A stretch of 64,000 nucleotides of DNA, from the IMG/VR virus record IMGVR_UViG_2562617096_000005, one strand, 5' to 3'. The DNA comes from a virus (Duplodnaviria > Caudoviricetes). A program made the translations under genes and the position numbers. Below the pieces are notes generated by a model that saw nothing but the letters and a program-made list of their open reading frames with translations, had not been told where the DNA came from and made no database searches. Below, one piece after another: positions 52,943 to 63,285 of the stretch. Position 1 is the stretch's first letter, and each line of letters begins with the position of its first letter.

Positions 52943-55234
52943 ATGACAGTAGAACAATGGTTAGGAAAAGATAATACACTAGGTATTGATATATGGAATA
53001 AAAAATATCGTTATAACAATGAAAGCTTCGATGAATGGCTTGATAGAGTTAGTGGTGGAGATAGTGATTTAAGACAGTTGATTCTTGAGAAGAAGTTTTT
53101 GTTTGGTGGAAGGATTTTATCTAATAGAGGGTTAGACAAATTAGGTGAAAAAGTCACACTTTCAAATTGCTATGTGGTTGAACCACCTGAAGATAATATT
53201 GAATCAATCTTTGACTGTGCAAAAAAATTAGCACGTACCTATAGTTATGGTGGAGGCTGCGGTGTGGATATTTCAAAACTTGCACCGAAAGGAGCAAGAG
53301 TAACAAATACTGCAAAAGAAACCAGTGGTTCAGTTAGTTTTATGGATTTATATAGTTTGGTTACTGGTTTAATCGGTCAGAATGGGAGAAGGGGAGCATT
53401 GATGATTTCAATTGCTTGCGACCATCCTGATTTAGAAGAATTTATTGAAATTAAGTCTGATTTAGATAAAGTGACAAAAGCAAATATCTCAATACGAATT
53501 ACCGATAAGTTTATGTTGGCAGTAAAAATGAGAAAACCTTTTGTATTAAGTTTTACCAGAGAAGAAACTGGTGAAACAATTAGGAAAGAAATTGACGCAT
53601 ATTCAGTATTTCATAAACTATGTGAGATGAACTGGGATTATGCAGAACCTGGAATGCTTTTCTGGGATAGAATTGAAAATTGGAATTTACTTAGTGCAGA
53701 TAAAGAATTTTCTTATGCGGGCACGAATCCATGCGCTGAAGAACCCTTACCAGCCGGAGGTTCGTGTTTGCTTGGAAGTATTAATTTATCCGAATTCGTA
53801 ACAGAAAATAAAACTTTTAATTTTACAGATTTCAAAAAGACAGTTGATATTGCTGTCCGAGCATTAAATATTGTTTTAGATGAAGGATTACCATTGCATC
53901 CATTGAAAGAACAAAGAGAGTCAGTTAGAGATTGGAGACAGATAGGTTTAGGGATTTTTGGACTAGCAGACTTATTAATTAAAATAGGAATTAAATACGG
54001 CTCACCTGAGTCAATTGATTTATGCGATATGATTGGTCATGCAATGGCATATCAAGCTATTATGACTTCAAATTCAATCGCAATTGAAGTTGGTTCTTAC
54101 CCAAAGTATAAACCAGATGCAGTAAAACAGTCCCCATTTTTCACCGAACACATTGACGAATTATATCGTGAAAATATTTCTGAAATAGGACTTTGTAATT
54201 CCCAACTTTTAACCATTGCTCCTACAGGAAGCTTGTCAAGTATGTTAGGTGTATCAGGAGGAATTGAGCCTGTTTATGCAAATTACTATACAAGAAAAAC
54301 AGAGTCTCTGCATGGGCATGATGAATATTACAAAGTATATACGCCTATTGTTAAAAAATATATTGATGAATATGGATTAAAAGATGATTCTGAATTACCA
54401 GATTTCTTTGTAACAGCGCAAACGCTTAATTATAAAGAAAGAATAGATATGCAGTCTATCTGGCAGAGACATATTGATGCATCTATTAGTTCTACAGTAA
54501 ATGTACCAAATAATTTTACTGTTAAAGATACTGAAGACTTATACCTTTATGCGTGGGAAAAGGGATTGAAAGGTGTCACTATTTTTAGAGATGGATGTAA
54601 ACGTACAGGTATTTTAACGACAGATAATAAGAAAAAAGAAACAAAAGAAAATAACTCAGACAGCAATGTGCCTATTACATTGCAACGTGGAATGATTATT
54701 AAAGCAGATGATAATTGCATTGGAAAGAAACGCACATTACAAACAGGATGTGGAACATTGCATTGTGAAGCGTTTTTTGATCCAGATACAGGCGATTTAC
54801 TTGAAACATATTTAAGCAAAGGCTCGAAAGGTGGATGCCTAAATAGCCTTACAGGTCTTTCCAGATTGATTTCACTTTCTGCAAGAGCAGGAGTAGATAT
54901 TTACTCCATTGTAGACCAGTTAAAGTCTTCAGGTACTTGTCCTTCTTATGCAGTAAGAACAGCTACAAAGCATGACACTAGCATTGGAAGCAGTTGTCCT
55001 GTTGCAGTTGGAAATGCGCTCCTTAATATGTATAAAGAGTTACAAGGAGAGTTATTTGAAGATGTAGATGAAAAACCGATTAAAAACAAAGAGACTATTA
55101 AGCGTGGAAAAAGATTGGGAATTAAACCTGTTGACAAGAGTCAGATAGTTCCTTGCCCTGAATGTGGCTCTCCATTAGTGTTTGAAGGGGGATGCAATTC
55201 CTGTAAAAATTGTGGATTTAGCAAATGCGATTAA
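52943..55234 (+). CDS. nrdJ: Class II (B12-dependent) ribonucleotide reductase
   Basis: SNCY, GGGCG, TNPCAE, TIAPTG, KGVTIFRDG, C-terminal Zn ribbon. Confidence 0.93.
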   Translation: MTVEQWLGKDNTLGIDIWNKKYRYNNESFDEWLDRVSGGDSDLRQLILEKKFLFGGRILSNRGLDKLGEKVTLSNCYVVEPPEDNIESIFDCAKKLARTYSYGGGCGVDISKLAPKGARVTNTAKETSGSVSFMDLYSLVTGLIGQNGRRGALMISIACDHPDLEEFIEIKSDLDKVTKANISIRITDKFMLAVKMRKPFVLSFTREETGETIRKEIDAYSVFHKLCEMNWDYAEPGMLFWDRIENWNLLSADKEFSYAGTNPCAEEPLPAGGSCLLGSINLSEFVTENKTFNFTDFKKTVDIAVRALNIVLDEGLPLHPLKEQRESVRDWRQIGLGIFGLADLLIKIGIKYGSPESIDLCDMIGHAMAYQAIMTSNSIAIEVGSYPKYKPDAVKQSPFFTEHIDELYRENISEIGLCNSQLLTIAPTGSLSSMLGVSGGIEPVYANYYTRKTESLHGHDEYYKVYTPIVKKYIDEYGLKDDSELPDFFVTAQTLNYKERIDMQSIWQRHIDASISSTVNVPNNFTVKDTEDLYLYAWEKGLKGVTIFRDGCKRTGILTTDNKKKETKENNSDSNVPITLQRGMIIKADDNCIGKKRTLQTGCGTLHCEAFFDPDTGDLLETYLSKGSKGGCLNSLTGLSRLISLSARAGVDIYSIVDQLKSSGTCPSYAVRTATKHDTSIGSSCPVAVGNALLNMYKELQGELFEDVDEKPIKNKETIKRGKRLGIKPVDKSQIVPCPECGSPLVFEGGCNSCKNCGFSKCD

Positions 55235-55656
55235 AAAAGAAGGATAAAATCTTTTATCTCAGGAAACTTCCTAAACAGGATATTAACGAAGTTCTACGTT
55301 TAACAGTGAGAACTGTTGAAGAGGATTACTTTGTTGGTATTGAAGAGAAAGAACAACACGCTTTCCTGTTTCATTATTCAGATATAGGAAAGATAGTCTT
55401 TATCACTTATGGAGAAGCGTTGGAACGTAAATAGAGAAGGTGAATAATGAAATTAAATAAATATGAAAAGAAGATGTGCTTATTTAAAAGTATGCTTGCC
55501 TACGTTATATATGTAGGCATGTATGCTGGAATCGAAATATTAGAAACAGGAATATTTACAGCAGGAATTGCAGATATGTTGACTTCCTTTGTGCTGTTAG
55601 GATGTTTTTATTTGATATTTAAGAATGAACAAGAGAAATTTTATTTAAAATAATTA

Positions 55657-55709
55657 ATCAGAAAGGATAAAAGTTAGGGTAGCTACTAAGGACATGTCAC
55701 CTTTCTGGT
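55657..55709 (+). promoter_or_regulatory. Structured leader copy 1, upstream of an MTase
   Basis: ATCAGAAAGG/CCTTTCTGGT stem enclosing GTAGCTAC and GACATGTC palindromes. Confidence 0.6.
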
Positions 55710-55717
55710 GAGGGAAA

Positions 55718-56452
55718 ATTAAAGATATTGAATTATGGCATGGAGATTGTCTTGAGTTAATGAATAATATTTCTGATGAAAGTATTGACATGATTTTGTG
55801 TGATTTACCTTATGGGACAACAAAATGTAAATGGGACTCAATAATATCTCTTGAAGAACTATGGAAACAATATTGTCGTATTATTAAGGAAAATGGTGCG
55901 ATTGTATTATTTGCTCAAACACCGTTTGATAAAGTACTAGGAGCTTCAAATTTAAAAATGCTGAGATACGAATGGATATGGGAAAAAACACAAGCCACTG
56001 GACATTTAAATGCTAAAAAGATGCCTATGAAAGCCCATGAGAATTTATTAGTGTTTTATAAAAAATTACCAACATATAATCCTCAAATGACAGAGGGTCA
56101 TGAGCCAATACATTCATATACAAAATATATAACAACACAAAATAATACAGAAATTTATGGAAAGATGAATAAAGAGATTAGCGGCGGTGGAGAAACCATA
56201 CGCTATCCTCGAAGTGTATTAACATTTCCTAGCGATAAGCAAACTTGTTATTTACATCCTACACAAAAACCACTAGCATTATGTGAATATATGGTTAAAA
56301 CGTATACAAATGAGGGTGATTTGGTTTTAGATAATTGTATGGGGTCAGGTACAACAGGTTTATCATGTAAGAATTTAAATAGACGTTTTATTGGAATTGA
56401 AAAAGAAGAAAAATATTTTGAAATAGCGAAAGATAGAATAAACAATAATTAA
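55718..56452 (+). CDS. Orphan N4/N6 DNA methyltransferase (beta class); probable ATT start
   Basis: IKDIELWHGDCLELM aligns with the N-terminus of the next MTase; DLPY, HPTQKP, DNCMGSGTT. Confidence 0.9.
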   Translation: MKDIELWHGDCLELMNNISDESIDMILCDLPYGTTKCKWDSIISLEELWKQYCRIIKENGAIVLFAQTPFDKVLGASNLKMLRYEWIWEKTQATGHLNAKKMPMKAHENLLVFYKKLPTYNPQMTEGHEPIHSYTKYITTQNNTEIYGKMNKEISGGGETIRYPRSVLTFPSDKQTCYLHPTQKPLALCEYMVKTYTNEGDLVLDNCMGSGTTGLSCKNLNRRFIGIEKEEKYFEIAKDRINNN

Positions 56453-56502
56453 TCAGAAAGGACAATAAGTGTAGCTACTGTAAACCATGTGGGCTTTCTG
56501 GT
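56452..56502 (+). promoter_or_regulatory. Structured leader copy 2, upstream of an MTase
   Basis: ATCAGAAAG/CTTTCTGGT stem enclosing GTAGCTAC and CATG. Confidence 0.6.
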
Positions 56503-56508
56503 AAAAAG

Positions 56509-57225
56509 ATGAAAAAAGATATTGAATTATATCAAGCTGACTGTTTTGATGTCATGAATGACTTAATTAAACAGGATGTAAAAGTAGATGCAATTATCTG
56601 TGATCCGCCTTATCTAATAAAACAGGCAGATTGGGATAAAGAATTTAATATGCCATTAGCAATTAACTTATGTTATGACCTACTAAAAGATAATGGTAAT
56701 TTAATTCTATTTCAAGGATGGTCTAATGTATTGCAAACCAAAGAACTGTTGGATGAAAAATTTGAAATTCAGAACTGGATTGTGTGGGATAGAATTAAGG
56801 GACGTGGAGCCAAGAAGAATTTTGTATCTACGAGAGAAGACATCCTTTGGTATTGCAAAGGTGATAAACCTACATTTAATAAAATTTATTCCAATATTCC
56901 TAAGAAAACTGGAGGAATGGGAAAGAAAAATGGACAAGAATGCAGAGCATTAACAAATGTCTGGTATGATATTTCTCCAATTGTACCTTGGAGCAAGGAA
57001 AGAAATGGACATCCGACCCAAAAGCCATTGCAGCTTATGGAACGCTGCGTAACAATTTGGACAAATGAAGGAGATACTGTTTTAGACTTTACGATGGGGT
57101 CAGGAACGACTGGTGAAGCTTGTAAAAATCTCAATCGAAAATTCATCGGAATTGAGAAAGAAGAAGAATATTTTAATATTGCTAAAGACCGATTGAAAGA
57201 AGGTGATGTAAATGTCGGACAATAA
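56509..57225 (+). CDS. Orphan N4/N6 DNA methyltransferase (beta class)
   Basis: DPPY, HPTQKP, DFTMGSGTT. Confidence 0.92.
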   Translation: MKKDIELYQADCFDVMNDLIKQDVKVDAIICDPPYLIKQADWDKEFNMPLAINLCYDLLKDNGNLILFQGWSNVLQTKELLDEKFEIQNWIVWDRIKGRGAKKNFVSTREDILWYCKGDKPTFNKIYSNIPKKTGGMGKKNGQECRALTNVWYDISPIVPWSKERNGHPTQKPLQLMERCVTIWTNEGDTVLDFTMGSGTTGEACKNLNRKFIGIEKEEEYFNIAKDRLKEGDVNVGQ

Positions 57226-57820
57226 AACATTAAACGGCAGTAACATCACTGGAAGAAAACGTAATGATGAATTTGATTTTTACGAAACTCCGAAATGGGC
57301 TACTGAAAAAGTAATTGAAGCATTGCTCACAGATGGATTGATAAATAAATATGAAGAAATTTATGAACCTTGTGTGGGCGCAGGAGCAATCAGTGATGTA
57401 CTACAAATATACGGATTTGAAAACCTAAAATGTTCAGATATCCAAACAGAAGAATACATTAAAGGAAATAAAGGTGTAGATGTTTATGACATTGAAGATA
57501 ATGTTTGTGATGTAGTGTTTACTAATCCTCCATACAACTTAATGACCTTAAAAGAAAATAAAGGTGGAAGTTTGTTAAAGGAATTTTTAAGGATTTCAAG
57601 ACACAAAGTTATTCTGCTTTTAAATATTTTCTTTTTGTCAAGTAAAGAAAGAAAACAGTTATTAGAAGAAAGTCATTTAAGACATCTGTACATACATTCA
57701 GATAGAGTGACAATGTTTCCTTATGGAGAAGAAAAACCAAAAAATGGTGGAACAAAAATGTACGCTTGGTTTGTTTGGGATAAGGATTATGATGGAAAGC
57801 CAACACTGAGTTGGATTTAA
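57212..57820 (+). CDS. Short phage DNA methyltransferase (NPPY)
   Basis: DFYETP, EPCVGAG, TNPPY, YAWFVW. Confidence 0.85.
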   Translation: MSDNKTLNGSNITGRKRNDEFDFYETPKWATEKVIEALLTDGLINKYEEIYEPCVGAGAISDVLQIYGFENLKCSDIQTEEYIKGNKGVDVYDIEDNVCDVVFTNPPYNLMTLKENKGGSLLKEFLRISRHKVILLLNIFFLSSKERKQLLEESHLRHLYIHSDRVTMFPYGEEKPKNGGTKMYAWFVWDKDYDGKPTLSWI

Positions 57821-57834
57821 AGGAAGATATAGGT

Positions 57835-58555
57835 ATGTACAATTTTGAAAGCGAAAAACATTGTCCTAAATGTGGCGGAAAGATGATGGATTTGGTTCTT
57901 ACATCGTATCCGGGGCAAAGTATAAGTAAGTGTTGGAGCTGTGGATATGAAGAAAATAGGCGACATTATGAAGAAGGCAAATGCAAAGAAATATTTCCTC
58001 GCTTGTCTGAGGTACAAGAAGTACAAATTGAATTTACTTAATCACGCCAACCGAGCGAGGAGTAAAGAAAAGATGGAATTACATTGAGTCGTAGTGTGAT
58101 AAAACAATAAAACTCACGTTTTATAGGAGGTGAATAGAATGTCATGCAAGTTTGAATGTGCAAGATGTATGGATAGGAGATGTTGTTTTGAATGCGATGA
58201 TAGTAAATCATGTCTGTATAAATGTACGAAAATTTTTTCTGAGATGTTAAATGTAGATAATTACAAAAAATGCAAAGATTATATTAAGAATGAAGAAAAT
58301 GGTAAGAATTACCCAACAGTTAAAACAGAAACTGTAAAGAAGGATTTCACAGAGACTATCTATTTTGTAAAACTTAAAGAAAAATATGTTCAGGAATTAT
58401 ATAATTATAATACTAAAATAGCAAATGGATTTGCTGGAGTAATAGTAAATCAGACTATGAGTAATATATATTTTGAATTAAAAAATACAAAAGAGTTGGT
58501 GATTATACCTTATGAATATGTTTTATGGTTAGCACCTGTAAAGGAGAAAAATTGA
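57835..58555 (+). CDS. Two Cys-rich hypothetical proteins (57835-58041; ORF 58130-58555)
   Basis: CPKCGG...CWSC; CARC...CFEC. Confidence 0.55.
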
Positions 58556-58745
58556 AAGAGAATATTTGTAACAAGGAAATTCATGCTTATCAAAATGAAG
58601 ATGGTACATATAGAGTTGAAATAAATGAAGGTGATACTTTTGTGTCAATTGAAAAAGTAGATATAAATATAACTGTTTATGCAATAAAAAATGATAAAAA
58701 CTAATCTCGTTTACTATAAAAAAATAATATAGAAAGGATAGAAAT

Positions 58746-58790
58746 AGTCTCATGAGATAAGGTTGCAACCGCTATAAGGTAAGAGACTTG
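58746..58790 (+). promoter_or_regulatory. Structured leader upstream of the fourth MTase
   Basis: AGTCTC/GAGACT stem abutting the TTG start, enclosing TCATGA and GGTTGCAACC. Confidence 0.45.
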
Positions 58791-59453
58791 AGTAGTACAA
58801 ATAGAAGTAATGCAAGAGACAATCATATTTCAGATTATTATGTAACACCGATTTCTGATGTTGAATTATTTCTTAAAAATTTTAATGAACATGTAAAAAT
58901 AGAATGGAACGAAATAAACATTCTTGATCCATGTGCAGGAGGAAATAAAGAAGTAAAAGATGAACATGGAATAAAAGAAATATATCATGCAATGAGTTAT
59001 CCAACAGCCATTAGTAACATATATGGAAAATGTAATATTACAACTATGGATATAAGAGAAGATTCCTTAGCAGAGCACTGTGCAGACTATTTAGAAACAG
59101 AGTTAGAAAATAAACCTAATTTAATTATAACAAATCCTCCATTTGCATCTGCGATTAAGATTATTGAAAAAGCATTAAGCGATGTTGAGAATAATGGGTA
59201 TGTAATTATGCTTCTTAGGTTAAATTTTTTCGGCAGTAAGGATAGAAAGAAATTTTTTGAAAAATATATGCCTGAATGGTGTTTCGTGCATCATGTTAGA
59301 ATAGGATTTTGTGATAAAAAAGATAAGGATGGATATGTTATGTTTGATAAAAATGGAAATGTTAAACATGGCTCTACAGATTCTATTGAATATGCACATT
59401 TTGTTTTTAGAAAAAACTATAACCCTGACTATACTAAATTGGTTTTAATTTAA
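58788..59453 (+). CDS. Short phage DNA methyltransferase (NPPF), TTG start
   Basis: DYYVTP, DPCAGG, TNPPF, LLRLNF, TDSIEYAHFVF. Confidence 0.85.
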   Translation: MSSTNRSNARDNHISDYYVTPISDVELFLKNFNEHVKIEWNEINILDPCAGGNKEVKDEHGIKEIYHAMSYPTAISNIYGKCNITTMDIREDSLAEHCADYLETELENKPNLIITNPPFASAIKIIEKALSDVENNGYVIMLLRLNFFGSKDRKKFFEKYMPEWCFVHHVRIGFCDKKDKDGYVMFDKNGNVKHGSTDSIEYAHFVFRKNYNPDYTKLVLI

Positions 59454-59656
59454 AGCGTAAGCGATGGGAGGCAATATATTAAATATTGAATAAATGAGCA
59501 AGTCTAAGAAAAGAAAAGCTCCTGAAATGCCACATTGGTTCTGGTTGGACAATGATAATTGTTGGAAGTGTAAAAATAGAAATGGATGCAATCATTGTAG
59601 ATATATTTTGAAAGAGCGTAAAAGATTATTTGGTTATAAGAAAAGGAGAAAATAAT

Positions 59657-59926
59657 ATGATTATTACAGGAATGAAACATTTTGAAAGTGTATGTCAGAA
59701 GAAATTAGTTGAATGGTATAACAAAAACAGATCGGAAACACCGATTGATTTAGGAGATGTATTTATTGTGTGGAGCTGTAAGACATTGCAAAACTATAAA
59801 TGTTTGGTATCTACTGCTGTGTCAGGAGATGGTATTTATGCAGAATACACATTTAATGGAGACAAGCAGGAACTCTATGAGGATGTTTATAAAAAACTCA
59901 CTAACACATGCCATAAAGACGAGTAA
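59657..59926 (+). CDS. DUF6275-like protein
   Basis: VFIVWSCKTLQNYKCL...YAEYTFNGDKQELYEDVYKK. Confidence 0.7.
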   Translation: MIITGMKHFESVCQKKLVEWYNKNRSETPIDLGDVFIVWSCKTLQNYKCLVSTAVSGDGIYAEYTFNGDKQELYEDVYKKLTNTCHKDE

Positions 59927-60188
59927 AGTAAGGAAAATTACCATGACAAAACACGATAAGGAAGTATTACAGGAACTATCAAAAGAGCAGCTAATCTATT
60001 TAATAGAACAGATGAAAAGCAGTTTATGCAAAATTGGAGAAGCTTGTGTTGAAGAGTCAAAGGGGCGTAGACCACCTGAAAAAGCAGTTGAAGATATTAG
60101 AGGATATATTTTTAATATGCCAAGTTTAGTAGATGCTGAAAAGACTAAAAGAGCAATTGATTTAATGATGGAAAAGGAGAAATAAATA

Positions 60189-60737
60189 ATGAATAATGCT
60201 GAGTATATAGTAAACAGAAGAATAGCAAAATTTGAGAAAGTAACTTATGAACAGTTTTTTAAGGATATGATGGATACGTTTACATTACCAGATAATATTA
60301 AAGAGAAATATGTAAAAGACATGTACGATAATATCAAACTTCCTAAGAGAGCAACAGCAGGAAGTGCCGGATACGATTTTTTCAGTCCGGTAGACTTTGT
60401 TGGATTAAAACCCGGAGAAACAATCAAAATTCCTACAGGAATTAGATGTGAAATGAATAATGATTGGGTATTGCAGATTTTTCCTAGAAGTGGATTAGGA
60501 TTTAAGTATCAGGTAAATCTTTGTAATGGAACAGGGATAGTGGACGCAGATTACGCTTACAGTGACAACGAAGGACATATTTTTGTGAAGTTGGTCAATA
60601 GAGGTGACAAAACAGTAAAAATCAAACGAGGAGAAGGTTTTGCACAAGGCATTTTCTTGCCTTATGGATTGACAGTTGATGATGATTGTACAGGAGTGCG
60701 TAACGGAGGGTTTGGAAGTACCGACAAGAAGGAGTAA
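60189..60737 (+). CDS. dut: Trimeric dUTPase
   Basis: SAGYD, PRSGLG, GIVDADY, AQGIF, RNGGFGST. Confidence 0.93.
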   Translation: MNNAEYIVNRRIAKFEKVTYEQFFKDMMDTFTLPDNIKEKYVKDMYDNIKLPKRATAGSAGYDFFSPVDFVGLKPGETIKIPTGIRCEMNNDWVLQIFPRSGLGFKYQVNLCNGTGIVDADYAYSDNEGHIFVKLVNRGDKTVKIKRGEGFAQGIFLPYGLTVDDDCTGVRNGGFGSTDKKE

Positions 60738-60739
60738 GA

Positions 60740-61126
60740 ATGGCTTACATAATTATAATTCCATTAGCTTTATTACTATTGACAAGTTTTTGTAGACTCT
60801 CATCACTAACGGGACAAATAAAAAAGCAAGAACGTCAAAAAGACGATTGGCAAATGTTGGCAGAAGACGCAGAACGTGAAGCAGCACGTCTTCGTAGTGG
60901 TTACAATTTTTATTATGATAATTATGCTAGGTTGTCAAAACAACTAGAACAATTAAAAGAACAAATGAACAGACAAAACGATACATACAATTCTTGCAAT
61001 AGTCAGATAAACAATCAAGAAATCATCGAGGCGGTCAAATATGCAATGAAAAAATCACATCCTGATAATGGTGGAAATGCAGAAGATTTTAAAAAATATA
61101 GAGAATTATACAATAGGATTAAGTAA
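60740..61126 (+). CDS. Membrane-anchored protein with truncated J-domain
   Basis: N-terminal TM helix, coiled coil, KKSHPDNGG. Confidence 0.6.
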   Translation: MAYIIIIPLALLLLTSFCRLSSLTGQIKKQERQKDDWQMLAEDAEREAARLRSGYNFYYDNYARLSKQLEQLKEQMNRQNDTYNSCNSQINNQEIIEAVKYAMKKSHPDNGGNAEDFKKYRELYNRIK

Positions 61127-61141
61127 AAGGGAGAAAGTGTA

Positions 61142-61387
61142 ATGAATAACATATTTAAAATTAAATTAAATAGCGTAAATAATGCTGCTCTATTCGTTAA
61201 AAAATGCGGTGAATTTGAAGAAGATATAGATTACATACATGGAAGATATGTTATTGATGCAAAATCTATCATGGGTATTATGTCTACAGATTTAGGTGAG
61301 AGTGCAAAAGTTGAAATACACACAGATAATATAGAAACCATTACTAAGTTCAAAGAAGAAATTTCATTATGGATGGAGGATAAGTAG
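61142..61387 (+). CDS. HPr-family protein lacking His15
   Basis: IDAKSIMGIMS (Ser46 motif); no GLHARP. Confidence 0.8.
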   Translation: MNNIFKIKLNSVNNAALFVKKCGEFEEDIDYIHGRYVIDAKSIMGIMSTDLGESAKVEIHTDNIETITKFKEEISLWMEDK

Positions 61388-61636
61388 ATGGAAACTAAAA
61401 TTCAATTAAATTATATTAGTGACATGAATGCTTTTGTTAATGCTTGTTCAACAGTGTTTGAGGAAGAAATTTATGTTAAGCAGGGAAGACAAGTTATCAA
61501 TGCTAAAAGTCTTTTGGGAATGTACAGCTTAGATTGGTCAAAGCCTGTAACAGTAGAAATTGTAACTGATAATGAAAATGTAAAAGATAACTTTTATAAA
61601 TATGTAAAAGAGTGGGAGGTTCAAGAAAATGATTAA
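61388..61636 (+). CDS. Second HPr-family protein lacking His15
   Basis: INAKSLLGMYSL. Confidence 0.8.
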   Translation: METKIQLNYISDMNAFVNACSTVFEEEIYVKQGRQVINAKSLLGMYSLDWSKPVTVEIVTDNENVKDNFYKYVKEWEVQEND

Positions 61637-62336
61637 AATTGAAAATGTTGTATTACCACACGAAAAACAGTGGGAAACTGTTATAAGAGGTATGAGAAAT
61701 CCCCTAAACAGTTGGGATAAAAGTGATAGTGAGGAATGTAGAAATATATTTTGTGGAGACTGTGATGGAGAATGCTTACCTCATACAAATGGTTTTATTA
61801 TTGGCTCAAATGATTTAGACCTCATGAAAAGACTTGATAAAGCAGGAACAGAACATCGCAAATTCATGAGGATGATTACAGTATATGTTGATATTACTGC
61901 TCCTTTATACTGGTGGAAGGAATTTGATACATATAAAGTTGGCACAGTTGCGAACAGTTGTAGTACAATGCACAAGATTGCGGCGAAAGAATTCACATTA
62001 GAAGATTTCAGTTGTGAACATTTGGAAACCATCTCAAGATTAGATGAAGATGGTGAAGAATATAAACCATATATGTTAATGAAAGAAATGATTAAGTGCT
62101 TGAATGCTTGTAGAAAAACATTTATGGAAACTAAAAATAAAACCGATTGGTGGCAGTTAATTCAGCTTCTTCCATCATCATACAATCAGAAACGCACGGT
62201 CATGCTCAATTATGAAGTTCTGGCAAATATGTATCATCAGAGAAAGAAACATAAGTTAGATGAATGGCGAACATTCTGCGAATGGATTAAAACTCTCCCT
62301 TGTTCAGAATTGATTACAGGTGAAGAGAATGAGTAA
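61629..62336 (+). CDS. ThyX-like protein
   Basis: GMRNP, HRKFMR, APLYWWKEFDTY, STMH, LPSSY...R, QRKKHKLDEW. Confidence 0.6.
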   Translation: MIKIENVVLPHEKQWETVIRGMRNPLNSWDKSDSEECRNIFCGDCDGECLPHTNGFIIGSNDLDLMKRLDKAGTEHRKFMRMITVYVDITAPLYWWKEFDTYKVGTVANSCSTMHKIAAKEFTLEDFSCEHLETISRLDEDGEEYKPYMLMKEMIKCLNACRKTFMETKNKTDWWQLIQLLPSSYNQKRTVMLNYEVLANMYHQRKKHKLDEWRTFCEWIKTLPCSELITGEENE

Positions 62337-63102
62337 TAATAACATTTCTAATTATTCTTCTTACATTTCTGGAATGAACAAATCTTATTTAGATAAATTA
62401 TTTTTCCTTGATAAAATTGAAAATGTTGATGCAATCTTAGATTTTGGTTGTGCTCAGGGAGATATGTTGAGACATATTCATGACATATCTCCTGAGATTG
62501 ACCTATATGGCTACGACAACAGCTCTGAAATGATAGCAAAAGCAAATGATTGTCATTCAGATATTGCCATATTCGATGAAGATTTTAATGTTATATGTAA
62601 AAAAATTGATACAGACACAGCGTTACTAAATCTTTCCAGTGTTATCCACGAAGTTTATTCTTATAGCAAACCAAATGAAATAAAAGAATTTTGGAAAAGA
62701 GTATTTGATTCTGGATTTCAATACATTTCTATAAGAGATTTATGCTTGAGTAAAACTGCTGATAGAGAAACAGATATGAATGATTATGTGAAAGCAGTTA
62801 TTAAAAGTACACCTACGGCTTTGAAAGAGTTTGAAAGTATCTGGGGAAAAGTCAGAAACAATAAACAGTTAATTCATTATCTCATGAAATACCGCTACAT
62901 AGACAATTGGCAGAGAGAAGTGCGAGAAAACTACTTTCCCATAACCACTGAAGAGTTGTTGAGTAAAATTCCTATAGATAAATACGAAATCATCTACTTT
63001 GAAGATTATGTGCTGCCTTATACATATCAAAAAGTTAAAGAAGATTTTAATATTGAGATTAAAGATAATACACATGTAAAAATTTTACTAAGAAAGAGGT
63101 AA
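62329..63102 (+). CDS. Class I SAM-dependent methyltransferase
   Basis: ILDFGCAQG, GYD, SSVIHEVYSY, IRD. Confidence 0.75.
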   Translation: MSNNNISNYSSYISGMNKSYLDKLFFLDKIENVDAILDFGCAQGDMLRHIHDISPEIDLYGYDNSSEMIAKANDCHSDIAIFDEDFNVICKKIDTDTALLNLSSVIHEVYSYSKPNEIKEFWKRVFDSGFQYISIRDLCLSKTADRETDMNDYVKAVIKSTPTALKEFESIWGKVRNNKQLIHYLMKYRYIDNWQREVRENYFPITTEELLSKIPIDKYEIIYFEDYVLPYTYQKVKEDFNIEIKDNTHVKILLRKR

Positions 63103-63285
63103 AACTGATTTATGGAGTTCGATGAAGATTTAGAAGATAAATATGATTATTGTTATGAGTGTTCAGGATATGGTGATGATTATTTTATGAATGATGAGGG
63201 AGAATATGAGAGTTATTGTCCATATTGTCACAACAATCCCAATCGAGATGACTGGGATGATTAAATAATATAGGTAGGTGATGAA

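Noticed and set aside
500-63075. Numerous minus-strand ORFs in the six-frame track
   Set aside because: They lie antisense to well-supported + strand genes or RNA genes and show no recognisable motifs; treated as shadow ORFs.
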